Shown here: positions 59,823 to 64,000 of the stretch, one piece after another | How the letters are laid out: the number at the start of each line of letters is the position of its first letter | How positions within the stretch are numbered: the first letter of the stretch is position 1 | IMG/VR virus record: IMGVR_UViG_3300050821_001994 | Location: 3,834-67,833 of that record | Strand: one strand, 5' to 3' | Length of the DNA: 64,000 bases | Origin: a virus | Position numbers and translations under genes: made by a program | Notes under the pieces: generated by a model | What the model saw: the letters and a program-made list of their open reading frames with translations, nothing else | Database searches by the model: none | Told to the model about the DNA's origin: nothing

Positions 59823-60857
59823 TCATTGTGTTAGCAACTCCTTCAACTTCCCGTTTTTCTCAGCAGCCTCTAACTCATCAAACATTCGGTTCATTTGAAC
59901 GAAAGGGATATCTTGAGTTGTAGTTACCTTGCCTGCCCGCAACAGATACGGGCCTATTCCTTCAAACCCTTTCGCCTTCAGAGCCTTCGCCCGTTCAACA
60001 AAGACCTTACGTTCGGCTTCAGTTGCTAGACGGTTGTCTTCGGGCTTCGGTTGTAGGTTCTCGGGCAAGTCGTTATCCGTGATCGGATTCTCCGGAGTTA
60101 CCGTGTTGTTCCCGAAGTTGAACGAGGTAGCTTTGTTTTCGGGCTTGGGTTCAAATTGCCCACTCCACGGAAGATGATGATCTTCGGGTTCGGCTTTCTT
60201 CTTAGCCGCTGGCTTAGCTGCGGGCTTTGGCTTCTGTACGGAAACCGGAGTCGGGTCAGGCTTGCTCGGCTGCGCTGCCGCCTGCCCGTTATTCAGCGCA
60301 CTAGTTTTCTCCGGCATAACCTTGGTGAATGATCCGCCCGCTTGCTTCTCAAACTTCTCTGACTCCTCTTCCTCGGGCCCGTGCAAATCTCCCTTGTGCC
60401 AGAGGTCCAAAGCCGCGCCAAAACGCATAGCGGCGTTTCGCAGGGCGTCTCCGATGCGTTCTTTCATGGCATCGCCGCCCGTCTTACCTTGAGCATCCCC
60501 GTACCCCAAGCGGGTGACGCCCGCAACGGTCAACTTGATCCACATTCCGCCGTTTGCATCCAGAAACGGAGTTCCATCCGCAGCAAAAGACAAAGGTTCC
60601 CAAGACCACTGAGGATCAGCCTCCAGCAAGCGATCTGTGATAGCGGCGTGCCCGACATAACTCAGTTGCACGGACGGGAGTTTATGAAACCCTCCGCAGT
60701 CCCGGCACCGACCGGGCTGGTTATCCTTCTTCGTGGACTTGCACATCTTGGAAATCTGGTGGGGCTCGAAGGGCTTACGCATCAACTTCAAAGCGGAATC
60801 TTTGGCAGGTAGCACGACCGATATGTTGCCCGTTATATTTGAATTTACTTCTGACAT
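59823..60857 (-). CDS. Rad52/Sak-like ssDNA annealing protein
   Basis: LSYVGHAAITDRL..WSWE..KERIGDALRNAAMRFG..LDLW. Confidence 0.7.
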   Translation of the reverse strand: MSEVNSNITGNISVVLPAKDSALKLMRKPFEPHQISKMCKSTKKDNQPGRCRDCGGFHKLPSVQLSYVGHAAITDRLLEADPQWSWEPLSFAADGTPFLDANGGMWIKLTVAGVTRLGYGDAQGKTGGDAMKERIGDALRNAAMRFGAALDLWHKGDLHGPEEEESEKFEKQAGGSFTKVMPEKTSALNNGQAAAQPSKPDPTPVSVQKPKPAAKPAAKKKAEPEDHHLPWSGQFEPKPENKATSFNFGNNTVTPENPITDNDLPENLQPKPEDNRLATEAERKVFVERAKALKAKGFEGIGPYLLRAGKVTTTQDIPFVQMNRMFDELEAAEKNGKLKELLTQ

Positions 60858-61357
60858 TGTTTCCTCGCGTTCTTGTTAAGCCCGAAGTCTGCCCGTTTCT
60901 CTCCTCGGGCGATCTTGGGCAGGCAACTCTGAACTCCAAGTTGAGTCAGCAAAGTTGTTGGTCTCTCGATATCGTATTGGGTAGTTTTAGCCACGGGCTA
61001 CTCTCCTACAGTGATTGTGATCTTGGTTCCTGCGGGCAAGATGCGGACTTTGAAATTGGGCCAGTCGGCGGAGAAACTATCCCAAGTGCTACGAGGCTTA
61101 GTCAAAGAGGCCAGCCCACTATACGTCCTAATAATGCCGTGCCCGAGATACTCGTTGAATTCATTGCTTCCAGATTGAACTACGATCCCGATATCTCCAA
61201 TCTCCATCAAGGAAGCGGATATAGGCTCTTTTACTCCTGATACTTCGACGGTGTGCATAGAAACTCCTCAAGGTAATCGGGCGAAGCGGCGATCATACGC
61301 AAACCGGACGCCCGTAATACAGACTACCGAACACAGGGTAGTTTGTCAAGTTGACAA

Positions 61358-63397
61358 TTAGTCTTTACGATACACGAGAGACTCATAGCCTTCAGCGTCC
61401 AAGATCAAATCTGAGGCCCACGACGGGGCCTTAATCATCGCCGCTCGTAGATCATCCAGCGCAAGCTTCGAGTCCTTATCAACCTCACAAATGATCTCGT
61501 CGTGCGTCGTCCCGACAATGGGGAGGCCGAGCCTGTCTGCCCCAACCATACCGTGTAACAACAGATCGCGGGAGAAAGCCTGACACATATTTTCAACCCA
61601 TTTCCCGCCATATATCTTGATACGTCCGACAACCTTCTTCGCTTGCAGGCGACCCTCGTAGGTGATGCCATCCTTCTTGAACTTCTCATCCTTCTCGATC
61701 AGCGGGCGAATATAGTGCAACCCGCGCCCCGAAGGGAGGGTCAGCCGAAGCAGCTTGGTTCCGAAACACTGGAAGGTGAAATCGTTGTATACGACGGGCT
61801 GATGAGTCTTCATTGCTTCTAGAGCAGCCGCTTCGATCTCTGCCCACGCTTCTGTGACCTCCCAATACTTTGCCCGGAATTTAGCAATTGATTCGTGGGC
61901 CAGATCGTGGTCAAGTTCAATTTGTAGCGAGCGTGCGTAGCCCATCAGCCCCGAATACACGATGTCTCCATTTTCATCCGTGTATTCTTCGCCCCCAGAC
62001 AATTGATAACCACCCCCGAGGACTCCGGGCTTCGCATCCTGCCTCTGCTGTTTTGTGACTTCCTCGTATGCCACGCCAAACAAATCAACGGCAAAGTCTT
62101 TGTACGGGTCTCGACCAGTCCGGAAAACGGAGTTTATGCTCTCGCATTTAGTGATCCAGCCAAGCCCGCGAAACTCGACCGCATTCAGATCGCAGACCAG
62201 CAGTTTCTTGCCCGGACTAGCCTTAATCGTTGACCGGAGCGTGCTTGTAACCACGTCCATTGGGCTAGAGAACTCCATCGACACGCCCGTATAATCCCGG
62301 TTTTTGAGCAGGCTGATTGCTAGGTCTAGATTCTTAGCTACTTCTTTCGTCGGGCGAGGAAGGTTCTGCATCTGCACGTTCTTAACTTCCCCACCCCCGC
62401 CCGACCATCGGCCCGTCCTAGGAGCGCCCATGTACAGAAATTGATGCCTTAATCGCCCGTCCTCAGATACACAGTCAAGAATGCGTTGGAGCTTGGAGTC
62501 GGAAGTCTTGGACGATTGCTTTCGGATGGTAAGAACTTCCTTAGCTGCGGGAGTTAGGTCACACTCGCCCGCGAGAGCCCTATTGACAAAGGGCTTACCT
62601 ATGCCCGAGAAGTCATAGCCTTGAGTTGCGAGCCACTTGAGCATCTGCGGGCCGCTGTTAGTGTTCTCTACGCCTGTGAGTTCCTTGATCCGGGCGTTCA
62701 AATCCTTCTTGATCTGTCCGGCAACCGTACTGCTCCCTCGGACAAGATCGAGGTCCATTGGAAGCCCGCGAGCATTGATAACCTGATCCAGACACCAGCC
62801 CCGATGCTCCATTTCGGGCAACGGAAACGATTGCATCTTGCAGAACAAAGCACGCTCGGCCTCAACGTCCCGTTTGCAGTATTCACAGAAGCGTTCCCAA
62901 TCATCAGGATCAGAGTCGGGTCCATGAAACCAAGCATCCATGTGCCCGAACAATGGAGTTTCTTTGGCCGCGACCCCCGGCTCACAGAATTTCTTGATGA
63001 GCCTATCTCCATCCTTGATCTTGGCCTCGTCTTCCGAGAGACCAAATATCTTGCCTACGGTGGAGAGGTCACCCGTGACAGACAAATGCCGAGCCCAAAT
63101 CAGAACATCCACCCACTGCTCGTAAGGAATGTCCATCTGGTGTAGGTACTTGAATGCCCCGTGTTCAAACGGCGCGTTGTAGGCGATTTTCCGGACGTGT
63201 GGGTCTGTTAGAGCGTCCTTGAGTTCGGAGCAGAACTGCCCGTCGATATGGGCTTGCCAGAGACTTGCGGGGGAGCTATCAACCGCCCATCCGAGAAGCA
63301 TAGATCGGGTGGATGAATGCCGGAGGTAGTTGTCCAAGCCCCTGTCTGGAAGTGAGATTTCACTTCTGGATTCGAAGTCAACGAAAAGGTTAGTCAT
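61358..63397 (-). CDS. DNA polymerase family A (3'-5' exonuclease + polymerase)
   Basis: DFESRS, YCKRDV, TGRWS, QNLPR, DLNAVEFR, RQDAK..LGGGY, THDE. Confidence 0.95.
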   Translation of the reverse strand: MTNLFVDFESRSEISLPDRGLDNYLRHSSTRSMLLGWAVDSSPASLWQAHIDGQFCSELKDALTDPHVRKIAYNAPFEHGAFKYLHQMDIPYEQWVDVLIWARHLSVTGDLSTVGKIFGLSEDEAKIKDGDRLIKKFCEPGVAAKETPLFGHMDAWFHGPDSDPDDWERFCEYCKRDVEAERALFCKMQSFPLPEMEHRGWCLDQVINARGLPMDLDLVRGSSTVAGQIKKDLNARIKELTGVENTNSGPQMLKWLATQGYDFSGIGKPFVNRALAGECDLTPAAKEVLTIRKQSSKTSDSKLQRILDCVSEDGRLRHQFLYMGAPRTGRWSGGGGEVKNVQMQNLPRPTKEVAKNLDLAISLLKNRDYTGVSMEFSSPMDVVTSTLRSTIKASPGKKLLVCDLNAVEFRGLGWITKCESINSVFRTGRDPYKDFAVDLFGVAYEEVTKQQRQDAKPGVLGGGYQLSGGEEYTDENGDIVYSGLMGYARSLQIELDHDLAHESIAKFRAKYWEVTEAWAEIEAAALEAMKTHQPVVYNDFTFQCFGTKLLRLTLPSGRGLHYIRPLIEKDEKFKKDGITYEGRLQAKKVVGRIKIYGGKWVENMCQAFSRDLLLHGMVGADRLGLPIVGTTHDEIICEVDKDSKLALDDLRAAMIKAPSWASDLILDAEGYESLVYRKD

Positions 63398-63605
63398 TCG
63401 CCCGTGGCTTCACAACTCCATGAAAACAAACCCTTAACGGGCACTTCATCACGAAATTAAGATCATCCGAGCCCGCGTCCCGAGGGTACGAGACAAATCT
63501 GAAGTTATGGACCGGGCAGGTTTCTGACGACTGTTTGACCGGAAGTGTTTCCGGCACGATTTCACAACCTAACGCGGATGCTAGCTGTTCCATTGTTTCG
63601 GACAT

Positions 63606-63836
63606 TTACTTTTCACCTTTCTCTTTTGGAGTTAGAGGCTTAACGAACTTCTCGTTGCATCGGTCGCCGTTAACAAATAGATAACCAAACGGAGTGGATT
63701 TGCATTCCGGCCACAAGAAGTACGAAACAATTCGTTGATACTGTTCTGCTTTGCGCTGTTTCTTGTAGTACGGGCAGGATATGCGAACTACTTCACCTGC
63801 TTTGAATTTGGGTGTCTTAGATTTCAGGGTTGGCAT
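63606..63836 (-). CDS. Hypothetical protein
   Basis: GAAGGAGG RBS before ATG at 63836. Confidence 0.5.
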   Translation of the reverse strand: MPTLKSKTPKFKAGEVVRISCPYYKKQRKAEQYQRIVSYFLWPECKSTPFGYLFVNGDRCNEKFVKPLTPKEKGEK

Positions 63837-64000
63837 TTCTCCTCCTTCACAATTTCGATCAGATACCTTCGGGCTTCCGAACATCGATGCCTTGAGCACA
63901 TAACGAGCGGAGGTACGGAAAACGAACTGCCCGAAGCCCGTACCAGCTTCCCAGATCGCCCGCAAGCAAGCCTCTGTCTAGACTCACGCTTACGGACAAG

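Larger units (their letters stand above)
8932..61357. repeat. Dispersed 15-bp palindrome TTGTCAA(C/G)TTGACAA
   Basis: Exact copies at 8932, 33512, 45776, 50722, 58716 and 61343; degenerate copies near 5179, 6645, 8253 and 20120. Confidence 0.9.
2111..63926. repeat. Dispersed 13-bp quasi-palindrome, consensus TACGG-TTT-CCGTA
   Basis: Examples at 2111, 4169, 7653, 9554, 11269, 21044, 48533, 50315, 54047 and 63914. Confidence 0.75.

Noticed and set aside
41410-63397. Z-genome (2-aminoadenine) phage call
   Set aside because: No PurZ or DatZ recognisable in the window

Overview
Part of a tailed dsDNA phage genome with a podovirus-like gene layout. A host among Acidobacteria-like Gram-negatives is inferred from the PEP-CTERM and secreted RHS genes and is not proven. 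The + strand (1-40726) carries the virion module: portal, scaffold, major capsid, fibres, adaptors, nozzle, ejection proteins and lysis genes. The - strand (40723-64000) carries replication and early genes: family A DNA polymerase, primase-helicase, RecA, a Rad52-like annealase, SSB, nucleotide-pool enzymes and an Acb2/Tad1-like protein. The major capsid gene is not visible as a whole in the ORF track. It can be rebuilt as six exons (4981-8251, about 347 aa) split by four group I introns, two of them with LAGLIDADG ORFs, plus a 46-nt insertion. That insertion has group I splice-site features (P1 with U.G, P10, terminal G) but no catalytic core, and it can pair with the neighbouring intron. It is a candidate coreless satellite mini-intron spliced by another ribozyme. 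Also present: structured ncRNAs flanking the capsid gene, two dispersed palindromic motifs, antisense cassettes with promoters placed at downstream start codons, a Hint-domain ejection protein, an RHS protein and many free-standing endonucleases. All family calls come from motif recognition by eye, with no database search.
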